Of a stretch of DNA of 64,000 nt, positions 1 to 11,065 are shown one piece after another (within the stretch, counting starts at the first letter, position 1; each line of letters opens with the position of its first letter). Under the pieces are notes generated by a model that saw only the letters and a list, made by a program, of their open reading frames with translations, did no database searches and was not told the origin of the DNA. A program made the translations under genes and the position numbers. Source of the stretch: a virus; the IMG/VR virus record IMGVR_UViG_3300050821_003228, positions 33,818 to 97,817 of that record; one strand, written 5' to 3'.

Positions 1-2
1 TT

Positions 3-3000
3 TATTCGTTCCCCGTTTTTGGCAATAATGCTAATTCTTATCAGCGTGTATTAACTTCATCAAGTTCACAGATTACCGATATTACTGGCGGGGGAAATAA
101 TGTTATTTATAATCGTGCCCAATTAGTACAAACTGGAACGTTAGTTAATATTACAACTTTGAATACTCCAATTTTTGTTTTAGTTGGTAGTATTAATAAT
201 ATGTTTGTCGGACAGAAGTTGAATATTGATGTCGGAGCTAGTGCCGAAGTTGTTACTGTTTTGGGTCTTGAAAATGTGTCCGGTGGGGTTCTTTTCCAAG
301 CTGTATTTACTAAAACTCATGGCGTTGATACATTAGTTGCTGCCCCATATTCAACAAAGGTAACATTTCAAGCAATTGGTGATACAACATTTTTTGCCGA
401 TCAATACAATCCAAGTCAATTATTGAGTTTCATTAGTTCATGGACAGCCAATACTATTTTTCAAATTGGCACTGGAATTACTGACAGTAATGGTAATGTC
501 CAAAAGAATTTGGGCGCTGCCGCCGCTATTACCAGTATTACGATTTCATCGGCTGTCCCTCAATATTCAGTTCAAATAACATATACAGGGACCATTCCTG
601 TTGTTGTTAGTAGTAAAGTTACTTTAGTCAATATCAATTATTATCCATTTACATTTTTAAATGGTACAACGCAAACAGTAACGGCCACTGGTGTAAATAC
701 TTTCACATTTTTAATAAACAATACTGTTCCAATTGGAACCAGTTCATTAACCGGCGCTACTTATGTTTTAGGTACTAATAATGTTGGTTCTACTGGAACA
801 ACACAACCGGCTTGGAGTACATCATATCAGGGGCTAACGTTTGACGGTAATACAATTTGGCAGTATAACGGCCACGCGGTACGTAACATCGGTATTGTAG
901 CTCCTACAACTTCTCCCGTTGTGACTAATACGCCCGCACCGCCAACGGGAAATCCGTGGGCTGCAAGTACTTATTATTTCCCCGGACAGGTGATTTATGA
1001 TTCAACTGGTACGACTGTTCAACAGTTAACAACTGCTGGAACTACAGCGGGGGCACCGCCAGTGTTTGCGACGACAGTTGGTGTAACAACTAATGACGGG
1101 TCCGCTGTGTGGACATGCATTGCTTCAGGAGCAAGTGGAAGTACTTCAGCAACTCGCGCCGTTTCTACTGCTTATGCTGTGGGAGCAATTACATTAATAA
1201 CATGGACGAAAACGTTCATTAGTGGGTATAATACATCACAGAATAGCGATACTCCGGGGCATACAGTAGCTCCTGCAACTCCGATTTATAGCACCGTTAC
1301 ATATTCAGCATTTTTTCAATGTACTATTGCCGGAACTACATCATCAACAGCAACAAATTCAATTTCTTGGCCGTTATCAGGCACCTATGTGGATGGTGGG
1401 GTAACTTGGGCATTTGTTGGTCTTCAAATAAAACGAGGAGCAACCTCATCTTCGCCTTCAGTAACAACTTCAACATTTACGTTTGGTGTTATTGGTAATA
1501 CAACATTAGTATCAATTTTTGGTAGTCTTGCTATTGTTAATTTTGTTTCGGCCCCATTGAATGATGCTGTATCTTCGGGCGGTGGTGCTGGTAATTTTGA
1601 AGTTATCGCGTTGGCCGGTTTAAGTGGTTCTACTCATCCAACATGGCCTTCAGGTGCTGGTTCAAGTGGGGTAACGACGGTTGATGGTGGAGCGAACTGG
1701 ATTAGCGCCGGTTCTGCCGGTTCTGCTGCTAATACTGGATATTGGACTTATGCATATGCATTTTTAAGTTCAAGCACTCCTGATATTTCATCGGCAAGTC
1801 CGCTATCTGTTCCTATTATTCGTGCTCCGGGATCATTCATTTCTATTAGTGGTCAAGGTGATCCTAATAATATGTTCCTTGATGGCGTAGATACAATAAG
1901 AATATACCGCAGTACTCAGCAAGCAACTAACGTTGCATTGCCGGGGGCCGACCTTTTCTGGATTGCTGATATCCCAGCAATGATTAATCCAATTATAGGT
2001 TCAGGATTAGCATGGAATTTTGTTGACACAACTAATGATCCACCTGATCCTAATAGCACGATGAATAATCAGATTATTGCGGATACTATAGGAGTTAATA
2101 CTACTCCACCTTCGGCTATAACGAATTTGGTTTATTATCTTGGCCGACTTTGGGGATCAATCGGTAACACGGTTTATGCAAGTGCTGGACCGGATGTGTT
2201 AAATGGTGGAAACCCGTTTACGGCATTTCCGCCGTCTAATTTTATGGATTTTCCGGCAACAGTTGTACGTATGGTTTCATCGTCTCAAGGATTGATGGTC
2301 TATACGTCTTCTGGTGTACAAGTGGTCACTGGTAACGGTGTCGCCCCTGTCGGTTCATTTTCTGGATTTACTACATTTGTGCCTGTTATCTTTGCTGAGG
2401 GAATTTCTCTCGGTAGTTATGACAATTTGGCAATTGATGGTGGAACAACATATATTTATACAACTGACCGTAATCTTGTAAGTATTTCATCTAGCGGATT
2501 ACGTTGGATGAGCACGGCAATTGCTAATAAACTGATTGCCCCGTTCAATCTTCCAGATGGAACGAATGTTGATTTTAATCCAGCAAACACTTATTTGTCA
2601 TGGTATGTCAACAGTGATGATTATGGTCTATTTCTTTCAGATGGTAAAACCGGCTGGTTTAGAATGATGCCAAGTACATCTCCTGATGCTGGTAATATGG
2701 TTTGGAGTCCATTTGCAGAGATTGCTGGTGGAGTTTCCGCCGTGCAGAATATTGAAGTAACACCGGGCATACATAAGTTGTTAGTAGCTCCGGGCGTTAG
2801 CGGCCCAATCTTACAAAGGGATACAACTGTCAACCTTGATAATAATGCAACATATTCGTGGTTTGCTACGTTTGGAAGTGTCATATTGGCACATCCGGGC
2901 GAAATAGCGATGGTTCAAGCGATTACTGTTGACTCAATTGCTGTCGGTAGTCATCCAACTTTGACTGTCTATTTCGATGAAATTAATAATGTAAACCCGA

Positions 3001-3203
3001 ATGTTTATACTAATTACAAGTATGATCCATATTCGGCAAGTCAATCGAATACAGTCTTCGCTGACAGATTCTTTATGTCAGAAGATACTACTGCTAACGC
3101 TATTTGTCGTCATCTTCAGTTCACTATTGGATTCCCCGCTGAAAACGCGGCTAACACCGTACTATCAGCAACTATCATAGGCGCAACTGAATACGATAAT
3201 TAA
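3..3203 (+). CDS. Virion tail protein (tail tubular/DNA-stabilisation-like) with carbohydrate-binding-like repeats; 5' truncated by the window edge
   Basis: Frame is open from position 3, upstream of the ORF-track start at 159. T/S/G-rich beta-strand protein with repeated W..ST.Y..G...T.AGT...P.W...DG...W modules. Precedes ejection-protein-like genes. Confidence 0.6.
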   Translation, partial: YSFPVFGNNANSYQRVLTSSSSQITDITGGGNNVIYNRAQLVQTGTLVNITTLNTPIFVLVGSINNMFVGQKLNIDVGASAEVVTVLGLENVSGGVLFQAVFTKTHGVDTLVAAPYSTKVTFQAIGDTTFFADQYNPSQLLSFISSWTANTIFQIGTGITDSNGNVQKNLGAAAAITSITISSAVPQYSVQITYTGTIPVVVSSKVTLVNINYYPFTFLNGTTQTVTATGVNTFTFLINNTVPIGTSSLTGATYVLGTNNVGSTGTTQPAWSTSYQGLTFDGNTIWQYNGHAVRNIGIVAPTTSPVVTNTPAPPTGNPWAASTYYFPGQVIYDSTGTTVQQLTTAGTTAGAPPVFATTVGVTTNDGSAVWTCIASGASGSTSATRAVSTAYAVGAITLITWTKTFISGYNTSQNSDTPGHTVAPATPIYSTVTYSAFFQCTIAGTTSSTATNSISWPLSGTYVDGGVTWAFVGLQIKRGATSSSPSVTTSTFTFGVIGNTTLVSIFGSLAIVNFVSAPLNDAVSSGGGAGNFEVIALAGLSGSTHPTWPSGAGSSGVTTVDGGANWISAGSAGSAANTGYWTYAYAFLSSSTPDISSASPLSVPIIRAPGSFISISGQGDPNNMFLDGVDTIRIYRSTQQATNVALPGADLFWIADIPAMINPIIGSGLAWNFVDTTNDPPDPNSTMNNQIIADTIGVNTTPPSAITNLVYYLGRLWGSIGNTVYASAGPDVLNGGNPFTAFPPSNFMDFPATVVRMVSSSQGLMVYTSSGVQVVTGNGVAPVGSFSGFTTFVPVIFAEGISLGSYDNLAIDGGTTYIYTTDRNLVSISSSGLRWMSTAIANKLIAPFNLPDGTNVDFNPANTYLSWYVNSDDYGLFLSDGKTGWFRMMPSTSPDAGNMVWSPFAEIAGGVSAVQNIEVTPGIHKLLVAPGVSGPILQRDTTVNLDNNATYSWFATFGSVILAHPGEIAMVQAITVDSIAVGSHPTLTVYFDEINNVNPNVYTNYKYDPYSASQSNTVFADRFFMSEDTTANAICRHLQFTIGFPAENAANTVLSATIIGATEYDN

Positions 3204-3209
3204 GGAAAT

Positions 3210-3437
3210 ATGGAACGTTTTTTAACGCCCGAACAAGTTGAAAATTTGGGCATGACAGTATCAACTATGAGGCACGGCTCGTTAACCGGGCCGATGCCTA
3301 TAAACCCCGTAATTGCTTTCTATCGTGGGCCATTACCTTCAACAAGTACATTTACTGATAGTGTTGTAAATTTTTATACTGAGAATAATTTTCGTAGTCA
3401 AAGACTATTTCAGCCCCGATTGAATGGAAGTCTTTAA
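3210..3437 (+). CDS. Hypothetical protein (virion module)
   Basis: AAGGA RBS plus ATG, tightly packed with neighbours. Confidence 0.55.
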   Translation: MERFLTPEQVENLGMTVSTMRHGSLTGPMPINPVIAFYRGPLPSTSTFTDSVVNFYTENNFRSQRLFQPRLNGSL

Positions 3438-4179
3438 GGAATGCATGTTTATAACGACTAGAATAACATGGGATTTATCAGGTAAAGTTATTGAACATGA
3501 GGGCTATTTTTATTCCGGGCCGATTTCATCCCTTTGTGGCGCTTCATCGCAGCAAAATCAGATAGAGGCTCAGCAACAAGCCTATTATCAAACTTTGACA
3601 CAACAGGCGCAACAAGAATTCGGCCAAGCATCAAAAGTCTTTGATGATCTTTATGCTGCAATGAGTCCTATAGTTGCTGCTGGAATTAATCAACAAGGAT
3701 TTTCAACTGGTGAATTACAGAACTTGAATTCAATAGCTGAAACTAGTTCTGGTGAAGCTTATAGTGCGGCTGCCCAGAATGTTCGTGAACAAGAGGCCGC
3801 TGCTGGCGGAAGTAATTTCGTTCCATCGGGCGCGAATGAACAGATTAACGCTGAAGTTGCTGCTCGTGGTGCAGGACAAACGGCGGGTGAATTAAATCAG
3901 ATCGAACAGGCTAATTATGCTACTGGACGATCAAATTATCTAGCCGCTGCTGGCGATTTATCTGCTGCAACAGGAACTTATAGTACTTCAATTGGTGCAG
4001 CTAACGCCGCTACTGCGGGCGGAAATGCTGCTGCCAATACTGCCAACCAAATTGCACAAGAGAATAATTCGTGGGTCGGGGCCGTAACTGGCGCTCTTGG
4101 TGGAATCGCGGGATCAGTTGTTTCTGGTGGTATGAGTAATCTTGGTAAAGGTGTTGGATTCTTCGGACAGAACGGATAA
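3424..4179 (+). CDS. DNA ejection/pilot-like internal virion protein
   Basis: A/Q/G/N-rich helical protein with a C-terminal glycine-rich hydrophobic segment; position after the tail gene. Confidence 0.55.
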   Translation: MEVFKECMFITTRITWDLSGKVIEHEGYFYSGPISSLCGASSQQNQIEAQQQAYYQTLTQQAQQEFGQASKVFDDLYAAMSPIVAAGINQQGFSTGELQNLNSIAETSSGEAYSAAAQNVREQEAAAGGSNFVPSGANEQINAEVAARGAGQTAGELNQIEQANYATGRSNYLAAAGDLSAATGTYSTSIGAANAATAGGNAAANTANQIAQENNSWVGAVTGALGGIAGSVVSGGMSNLGKGVGFFGQNG

Positions 4180-4181
4180 AC

Positions 4182-6704
4182 ATGGCAGATACACTAAACA
4201 ACTTTAGCGGGCCAATGATGGGCGATTTTCAGCCAGCTACACTAGATAATGCCCCGTTAAATGATAGAACTGCGCCAATAACACAACAACCAGTTCCGCC
4301 TGTACCAAGTACAAATAATATTCCGGCTGTATCGCCTAAAACGGCGAATACTCCACAGCCGCCCCCTGTACATCCGGCTGTCCAAAAAGCTAGTATGGGC
4401 GCGAACATTGTGAAGGGCATTGCTGATGTATTATCTCCTCCACAATATAAGACTGAAATAAATCCTGACGGTTCTACGAAACAAACGCCAATTCCGCGCA
4501 CTCGTAAAGATGTTGGTATGTCTATTGCGTTAGCTGCATTATCAGGTGCATTTTCTGGATTAGGTCAAGTCGGCCCCGGTCATCTCGGTCGTGCTGCCGC
4601 TGCTGGATTTAATACTACGATGCAACAGAGGCAACAGGCTGATCAACAACAGAGTCAACAGGCACAGGCCGATTTTGCTCGTAAACAGGCTACAGTTTCA
4701 TTTAATATGCAACAAATGAATGCTGCATTAGACCTTGGCACTAAAGATAAGTCGTATCATGAAGATTATGTTCAAAGTTATGATCATCTTGTAAAACAAT
4801 GGTCTGAATTGCCGAATGTTGCAGATATAATTAAATTTGGAAGTCCTGATGCACCATTATCTGAGGATGAAGCCGAAGATATTAAAAAGCATTCAGTTTT
4901 TGAATTGATGCGCGTTCCTGTTAGTACTTATGAACGCCGTGACCCTAAAACTGGTAAACAAGTTTGGGTTAATAATAAGGGGGAAGTAGTTCCAGAGGGT
5001 AGTTATTCTGCTCATCCTGCTTGGGATAACGGTTACATTCTTGTTGATAAAAATGCGCCAGCAAAATTGAGTGATGAAAATGGTCCTACCCAAACGGTGA
5101 AAGATTTAGTTGCTAAATATGATGGTATAATTCCGGGTGTTAATAAATCGTTATTAGCCGGTAAGGGGGTTCAAGAACCAATACCTGCCACATCATACGG
5201 ACAAATGTTGTTTAAGGCCAACACTATTAAGTCAGCGCAAGATACGGTTAATAATTTTGTTAATACATTGAATGAAGGGGAATCTGAGAAAAATCAGATA
5301 AAACCCGTCGATTTGGTCGATGCTATTAAAAATAATAAGATTACGTTGAATGATCTTGATTTATTTCAACGAGCAATTGGCAAGTCTTCACAGGCGAATG
5401 CTACATCATTACAGACAAAACTTGATGCTGTATCAGCAAAAAATCAGGCAGCGGGAGCTAGATTAGTTGGTTTTTTTGATTCATTAACTCCTACAGGGGA
5501 AGGATTAAAAACTTTTGATCAGAAAATTCAGGCCCAAGGTAAAGCATATGTTGCAAAGTTAGAACAAGAATCTAAAGCAATGACTCCTGATGAAGCCGAA
5601 TCTATTCAGGCGAAAGCTGTCGCAGGTCAACATGTTGATCCTCACGATTTAGCTGTTGCAAACGAGTTTACTAGAATTCATACAGCAAATATTGTTAATA
5701 AAGATAAACAAGTTGAACAGGGTAAACAAGATTTAGCTGATCAACAAAATCGAAAAGTTCTTGCATATACTGAAACTCCTCCGGGCTGGGGTTTACAACA
5801 AGCACAAACTGCCGCTAGTATGCGTGATCCTTTTGCAATTGAAGAATATTTAAAGAAGAATAATGTGCCGAATGTGCCTTATCTTCATGATTTAATTTCA
5901 ATTTCACAGTACCGAGATTCATTAGATGAATTTACAAAGAGATTGACGAAAGGTACCGGACAGATGGATGAAGCTACTGCCGCAACATTCATTAATAAGT
6001 TTTTGAATCCGGGGTTCACGAAAGAAAAGTTTAGAGAAGGTAGTGCATGGTTTCAAGAACTTGGTCAAACGAAACCGGGAACTGCTGGCGGTACGATTAT
6101 GGCTGCTGGAACAGCGGCAAGACATCTTGACCATTATGGGCCGTTGTTAGAGGCGGTTAATAATGGCGATGTTCAATTATATAATAAGTTACTTACTAAT
6201 TTAGCTCAACAAACAGGTAGTACACCAATTGTACAGGCGCAGATTGTGGCTAACGCTCTATCTGCTGAAACTGAAAAGGTTATTACCGGATCAACACCTC
6301 TTGAATCAAGAATGAAGGATGCTTCACAAGGATTAAATCCGAAAGCACTTAGTAAGGATCAAGGGTTCGGGGCTATCAAAACTCTTTCAGGATTGATGAA
6401 TGATCGTTTGAATGAGTTGAATGATAAGAATATGGCTCTTTATGGAACGCCATTGAATTTGATTAGCCCACATACAACTCAATTTATGAAGAAACTCGGA
6501 TTTGAGACTTCATGGGATCAAAAGAGCGAACAACAGAGACAACAAGAAACTAATCAACAGAAGCAGCAGAAGCTTCAAGCTATTACACTTCCGGGCGGTG
6601 GTCATCCGGTTGATATAAAGTATAAAGGTAATACCACGATTGTTTCAGATGGTCATCAATGGATAGATTTAGCAACTGGTAAACCTTACGTTGCTCAGAA
6701 ATAG
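4182..6704 (+). CDS. Large internal virion/ejection protein
   Basis: 840-aa Q/A-rich helical ORF in the ejection-protein cluster. Confidence 0.5.
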   Translation: MADTLNNFSGPMMGDFQPATLDNAPLNDRTAPITQQPVPPVPSTNNIPAVSPKTANTPQPPPVHPAVQKASMGANIVKGIADVLSPPQYKTEINPDGSTKQTPIPRTRKDVGMSIALAALSGAFSGLGQVGPGHLGRAAAAGFNTTMQQRQQADQQQSQQAQADFARKQATVSFNMQQMNAALDLGTKDKSYHEDYVQSYDHLVKQWSELPNVADIIKFGSPDAPLSEDEAEDIKKHSVFELMRVPVSTYERRDPKTGKQVWVNNKGEVVPEGSYSAHPAWDNGYILVDKNAPAKLSDENGPTQTVKDLVAKYDGIIPGVNKSLLAGKGVQEPIPATSYGQMLFKANTIKSAQDTVNNFVNTLNEGESEKNQIKPVDLVDAIKNNKITLNDLDLFQRAIGKSSQANATSLQTKLDAVSAKNQAAGARLVGFFDSLTPTGEGLKTFDQKIQAQGKAYVAKLEQESKAMTPDEAESIQAKAVAGQHVDPHDLAVANEFTRIHTANIVNKDKQVEQGKQDLADQQNRKVLAYTETPPGWGLQQAQTAASMRDPFAIEEYLKKNNVPNVPYLHDLISISQYRDSLDEFTKRLTKGTGQMDEATAATFINKFLNPGFTKEKFREGSAWFQELGQTKPGTAGGTIMAAGTAARHLDHYGPLLEAVNNGDVQLYNKLLTNLAQQTGSTPIVQAQIVANALSAETEKVITGSTPLESRMKDASQGLNPKALSKDQGFGAIKTLSGLMNDRLNELNDKNMALYGTPLNLISPHTTQFMKKLGFETSWDQKSEQQRQQETNQQKQQKLQAITLPGGGHPVDIKYKGNTTIVSDGHQWIDLATGKPYVAQK

Positions 6705-6710
6705 GAAAAT

Positions 6711-8513
6711 ATGGAACCAGATGTAACAATCCCTCAACCTGTGAGCAGCGGGGCTGTTGATCACCCAGAAGCAGCACAATCTGGCGTCCCTCAATCGCCC
6801 GCTGTACCAGAAGGTTTTGGGGATACTCAGGGACCGCCCCCACCGGCAGGATTTACTGATACTCCTCCTGAACAGGGTAATACCGAAAAACCGGGTTTTT
6901 TTTCAACTCTTGGTTCTGATGTTTTAAACGCGGGTAAAGGATTGCGCGATTTAAGCTATAATACAGCTAATTTTTTAACATCTACGCCTAATAAAGAAGG
7001 TCTTGAACAAGGTAGACAAATACAAGAAGAACATAAACATAAAGTTTATACTCAAATAAAAGATGATCTGCACAACGGCAATTATGTTCAAGCTTTTAGT
7101 CATTTTGGCGATTTGTTTGATCCTCACTACGATGATCCTAATGATCCTATTTCAAGAGTTATACAGGCTCAATGGGATTCTAGTAAACTTGCCAAAGAGC
7201 GTATGATGGAGGCAGCTAAGAACAAAGATTACGCTTCTGTTGTTCAACATGCAGCAGGAATTCTTCCTGTAGCTAGTCAAGTTGATTCAGCAATGGAAAC
7301 GTATAGAAAAGACCCTACGCGAGAGAATTTGGCCCATGTTATTTCATCAGCTATTCCCGCATTTGTTCCTTCTTTAATGAAAGGGGCAAAATACGTGATG
7401 GAAGGGGCCAGCGAGACTTTAGAGGCGGCAAAGGCCACAGGTAAGGCCACTACTGAAGTTCCTAAACCTAATTTAGTGCGCCCATCAACAGTTAAAATAG
7501 CTGGAGAAGATGTGCCAGTAAGTACGCCGCAATTAAGTACACAATCAAAACTATCAAAAGCCGTTTCATCTGTTGCTACTGAAGAGGGGGCGCAAGGATT
7601 TATTGATAGAGAAGTTCAGCCTGCGGCTATTAATGCTACAGGTAATACGTTTCGTGATGTTGCTCAAAAAGCTGTTTCTGATTTACGAGATCTAAGCGGA
7701 GAATCCGGTTCTATCCCTCGTATGGAAACTATTGATGAAATGGCTAAAGCAATGGAAGCTGAGGCAAAAAAGACCTATTCTCGACTTGATGATGCAGGCC
7801 AAAGTGATATAGAGGCTGTTGTTAAGCGTAACAAAGAGGGGGCAGCAGCAGCAAGAGCGGCGGGCAGAGATTTTACGCCACAAGAATTGCCGAAATCTTT
7901 TACCGAATTGCAAGAAGGTATTAATGATGCTAAAGCTACATTGAAATCTCGTACCGCGAGTACAGTCGATAAAGAGCTTGCAAAAAGTAGTTTAAAAGAT
8001 TATAACAGTCAAATGGGCGAGTTTTTAACTAAACACGGCGATTCTGTAAATTATGGCGAATTGGACGCAGCTAACGGAATTTACCAAAGAGCGCAACGTT
8101 TTAAATACATCGCAAAAAATATACGCTCTGCTGTAAAAGGGGTTGAAGAAAGTGATTCTGAATTAAATTCGGTTCCTAGTTCAATTAATAAAGATGCTCT
8201 TGCCAGCTTACCTGCTAAATTTGATAATCGTTTTGGTGAAGGTGCATTTGAAAAAACCCTTGGTAATGAAGGTTTAAAGAATTTTAATGATATAATAAAA
8301 GTTCTACAGAACCCGTTTTCTAAAGCAGGAAATGAAGGGCTAATTAGTACAACAGCTAAGGCCGGGGCAAAAGCAAGTGATTTTATTACCTCTGTTGCAA
8401 AACTTATAGGTAAACCTGTTTCGTGGACAGCCGATAAATTGTTATTTGATCCTGAATTTGGGCAAAGCATGTTAAAACGTTTCGGCCAGTTAAACAGGCA
8501 ACTAAAGCGTTAG
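6711..8513 (+). CDS. Internal virion/ejection protein
   Basis: 600-aa helical ORF with a Pro-rich N-terminus and an AGGA RBS. Confidence 0.5.
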   Translation: MEPDVTIPQPVSSGAVDHPEAAQSGVPQSPAVPEGFGDTQGPPPPAGFTDTPPEQGNTEKPGFFSTLGSDVLNAGKGLRDLSYNTANFLTSTPNKEGLEQGRQIQEEHKHKVYTQIKDDLHNGNYVQAFSHFGDLFDPHYDDPNDPISRVIQAQWDSSKLAKERMMEAAKNKDYASVVQHAAGILPVASQVDSAMETYRKDPTRENLAHVISSAIPAFVPSLMKGAKYVMEGASETLEAAKATGKATTEVPKPNLVRPSTVKIAGEDVPVSTPQLSTQSKLSKAVSSVATEEGAQGFIDREVQPAAINATGNTFRDVAQKAVSDLRDLSGESGSIPRMETIDEMAKAMEAEAKKTYSRLDDAGQSDIEAVVKRNKEGAAAARAAGRDFTPQELPKSFTELQEGINDAKATLKSRTASTVDKELAKSSLKDYNSQMGEFLTKHGDSVNYGELDAANGIYQRAQRFKYIAKNIRSAVKGVEESDSELNSVPSSINKDALASLPAKFDNRFGEGAFEKTLGNEGLKNFNDIIKVLQNPFSKAGNEGLISTTAKAGAKASDFITSVAKLIGKPVSWTADKLLFDPEFGQSMLKRFGQLNRQLKR

Positions 8514-8566
8514 CCGTTGATGAGACGGCCCGATCGGAGGGATTTATACTTCGTCAAGATGATTTT

Positions 8567-8950
8567 GTGAAGGCCCATTTAGTTACAGTGGGCTATAATT
8601 GCGGGAAAGAATACGGTGCCCATCTAGCAGCATGCATGATTATGTCGTGTATAGCGAACCGCGTGAGGTTGGGGTGGGGCACTTGGCTAGATATAATTAA
8701 TACATTACCGAAATACGCGGCTGAAGAAAATTTACCAACTGGAATACCTTCTCTTTGGGATGTTAATTTTATCAGGTTATTGACCGAAGTTGAGGGTATC
8801 TACGATGGTTCTGCAAAGGATTTATCTTGTGGGGCATTATATTGGTGTGATTCGCGCCGGGTGACTAGGAAGTGGTTTCGTGATGAAATCATTCGTTCAC
8901 CGAATCACATAGTAACCGCAAACATGAACTCTCTCACTTGCTACCGCTAG
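8567..8950 (+). CDS. Cell wall hydrolase (SleB/Hydrolase_2-like)
   Basis: Motifs IANRV and D.S.GALYW resemble the SleB family. Confidence 0.5.
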   Translation: MKAHLVTVGYNCGKEYGAHLAACMIMSCIANRVRLGWGTWLDIINTLPKYAAEENLPTGIPSLWDVNFIRLLTEVEGIYDGSAKDLSCGALYWCDSRRVTRKWFRDEIIRSPNHIVTANMNSLTCYR

Positions 8951-8956
8951 GAAACT

Positions 8957-9274
8957 ATGATACAAGGGCAAAATTTAGAGATTAGCCGACAGTTTTATAC
9001 GGAATTTAAGTTTTGGGGGCCAGTGATCGGCGGTATCTGGTCTGTTTTTAAACTTGTAGATTGGTTTAAAGCTATTAAAACCGATGATTTACAGCAAATT
9101 AAAGATGGTATTAAAAATTTTAATGTTCAACTTGATCAAGGTTTACAGAAGCAGACTGACACTATAGTTAATAGCATGACAGTAAACACGAATGAGTTGA
9201 AAGAATTGCGCGTTGATGTTAAAATGATGACATCAGCCGCGTTAACGAAAGCGGCCCGCGTTAGGAAGAAGTAG
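8957..9274 (+). CDS. Putative holin-like membrane protein
   Basis: One N-terminal hydrophobic helix, coiled coil and basic C-terminus; next to the hydrolase gene. Confidence 0.35.
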   Translation: MIQGQNLEISRQFYTEFKFWGPVIGGIWSVFKLVDWFKAIKTDDLQQIKDGIKNFNVQLDQGLQKQTDTIVNSMTVNTNELKELRVDVKMMTSAALTKAARVRKK

Positions 9275-9310
9275 TTGACTTCTGGTGATAAATCGAGTAT
9301 ACTCATTAAT

Positions 9311-10084
9311 ATGGAGAAAAATAGTCTTGGTCCACGCATACTTGTGCTGGACATAGAAACGCTACCCAACCAAGCCTTTGTCTGGGGCACATATGATCAA
9401 AATGTTATTCGGTTCATTAAACAAAGTTGTATAGCAACATTTTCAGCAAAGTGGTTGGGCGATAAGAAAATGATTTCAAGGGCGTTGATAGATTATTCAG
9501 GGTATGTGCCCGGTTCTTATGATGACCAACATTTAGTTCGTGATTTGTGGGAATTAGTTGATCAAGCTGATATTATTATCGCGCATAATGGTAATGGGTT
9601 TGATTTCAAGGTTTGTAATGCGCGGTTCATATTTCACGATTTGAAGCCGCCTAGCCCGTTTAAGACGATTGATACGAAGAAAATCTTTAAGGAAATCGCC
9701 CGTTTTAATACGAATAAATTAGACGATCTTTGCCAGCTTTTAGGAATTGGCGCGAAGATCAAGACTGATTTCGATCTATGGGAAGGATGTATTAATGGGG
9801 ATAAAAAGTCTTGGAAGTTGATGGTTCAGTATAATGAGCGTGATGTAAAAATGCTTGAAGAATTGTATCTGAAAGCACTTCCGTGGGTGAAAGATCATCC
9901 AAATTTGACTTTATGGACTCAAGGATTGTGTCCGAAGTGCGGCTCACATCAAGTTCAATATCGCGGGTATCAAGTAACAACTACAAGGCTTTATCGAAGA
10001 TTCCAGTGTGTAAATTGCGGCGGTTGGGGTAGAGTAGTAAAGTGTGAAAAAGATGTAAAAGCATTGACAACTAATGCAGTTTAG
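9311..10084 (+). CDS. DnaQ/RNase H-like 3'-5' exonuclease with C-terminal Zn ribbon
   Basis: LDIET, AHNGNGFD and YNERDV (DEDD) motifs plus CPKCGS...CVNC. Start moved to ATG 9311 because the TTG at about 9275 lies in a TTGACT-17-TATACT promoter. Confidence 0.8.
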   Translation: MEKNSLGPRILVLDIETLPNQAFVWGTYDQNVIRFIKQSCIATFSAKWLGDKKMISRALIDYSGYVPGSYDDQHLVRDLWELVDQADIIIAHNGNGFDFKVCNARFIFHDLKPPSPFKTIDTKKIFKEIARFNTNKLDDLCQLLGIGAKIKTDFDLWEGCINGDKKSWKLMVQYNERDVKMLEELYLKALPWVKDHPNLTLWTQGLCPKCGSHQVQYRGYQVTTTRLYRRFQCVNCGGWGRVVKCEKDVKALTTNAV

Positions 10085-10092
10085 GCTATAAT
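10064..10092 (+). promoter_or_regulatory. Sigma70-type promoter
   Basis: TTGACA-17 nt-TATAAT. Confidence 0.75.
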
Positions 10093-10221
10093 TAATTATG
10101 TCAGATTTTACTGCTGCATTAATTGGGGTTGTATTAGCTTTTGTATTGATATATATTTATCAAGAAATAGCTTTTAAATCGGGCGATAAAAAGATTAAAT
10201 AAAAAGATTATTGGAGGATAA

Positions 10222-10614
10222 ATGTTAGCTAGAGAAGTAGTTTATGGTGGATTAACTCGGGAAGATAATTATGCTCAAGGGTGGTCAAAAGGAAAAAAGA
10301 GTTTAGACAATCTTGTACCAGATCATATGGTGTCTAGACGTACCGGACATGCTTTTACAGAAATGGATTGGATTGTATTTGCGGAAAAGTATCTAAATGA
10401 AGCAAAAAGGGCGTATTCAGATTTTTGTCCCGATATTCGTACAGTTCATGTCCGTATGTTGAAGGCGGCATCACTTTTAGTTTCTGGTTTACAGTGTAAT
10501 GCTGAGGAAGTGGAGAGTATTAGTGGTATTTCTAGTAATAAATTTCCCTTACGGCAAGATGGTGGTGGGTTACAATCTTTTTTAAAATCTGATATAAAGC
10601 AGGACGGTGTTTAA
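10222..10614 (+). CDS. Hypothetical protein, possibly all-alpha NTP pyrophosphatase-like
   Basis: GGAGG RBS; DW..F.EKYL.EA...MLK.A.L pattern; translationally coupled to the DUF5664 gene. Confidence 0.4.
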   Translation: MLAREVVYGGLTREDNYAQGWSKGKKSLDNLVPDHMVSRRTGHAFTEMDWIVFAEKYLNEAKRAYSDFCPDIRTVHVRMLKAASLLVSGLQCNAEEVESISGISSNKFPLRQDGGGLQSFLKSDIKQDGV

Positions 10615-11063
10615 TGTCTGCTTATAGACGAAAAGTAAAGTTAAATATTCCCGCTTTGAAGGCAAGTATTTCTGTATTAGATAAACACGTTAATGGTAAA
10701 GAAGTTGATCCAAAAGGACTTGATCCTAAGACACAAGGGGCAAAATTGGATTTAGGAAAGCCGCCCGTTTTTCAAGGCGTGTTAAGTTATTTTCCTAAGG
10801 CATTGAATGCGGTATCTCTCGTTTCTTTAGCGGGCGCTAAGAAGTATCATTGGAAGGGATGGGAGAAGGTAGAAGACGGGTTTAACCGCTACAGTGATGC
10901 GCTTGGTCGCCATCTGCTGAAAGAATCGTATGAATTATATGATGATGTAGACGATAATGGTAATGAAGGAACGCATTTGCTTCACGCAGCGCAAGTTGCG
11001 TGGAACTCACTCAGTCGGTTAGAATTTCTATTACGCGAACACAAAGTCAGCAGTCAAGGATAA
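10614..11063 (+). CDS. dATP/dGTP diphosphohydrolase (DUF5664-like)
   Basis: K.D.GKPP...GAKKY...W..V.DG..RY.DAL.RH...LH...AWN.L..L signature. Confidence 0.8.
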   Translation: MSAYRRKVKLNIPALKASISVLDKHVNGKEVDPKGLDPKTQGAKLDLGKPPVFQGVLSYFPKALNAVSLVSLAGAKKYHWKGWEKVEDGFNRYSDALGRHLLKESYELYDDVDDNGNEGTHLLHAAQVAWNSLSRLEFLLREHKVSSQG

Positions 11064-11065
11064 AA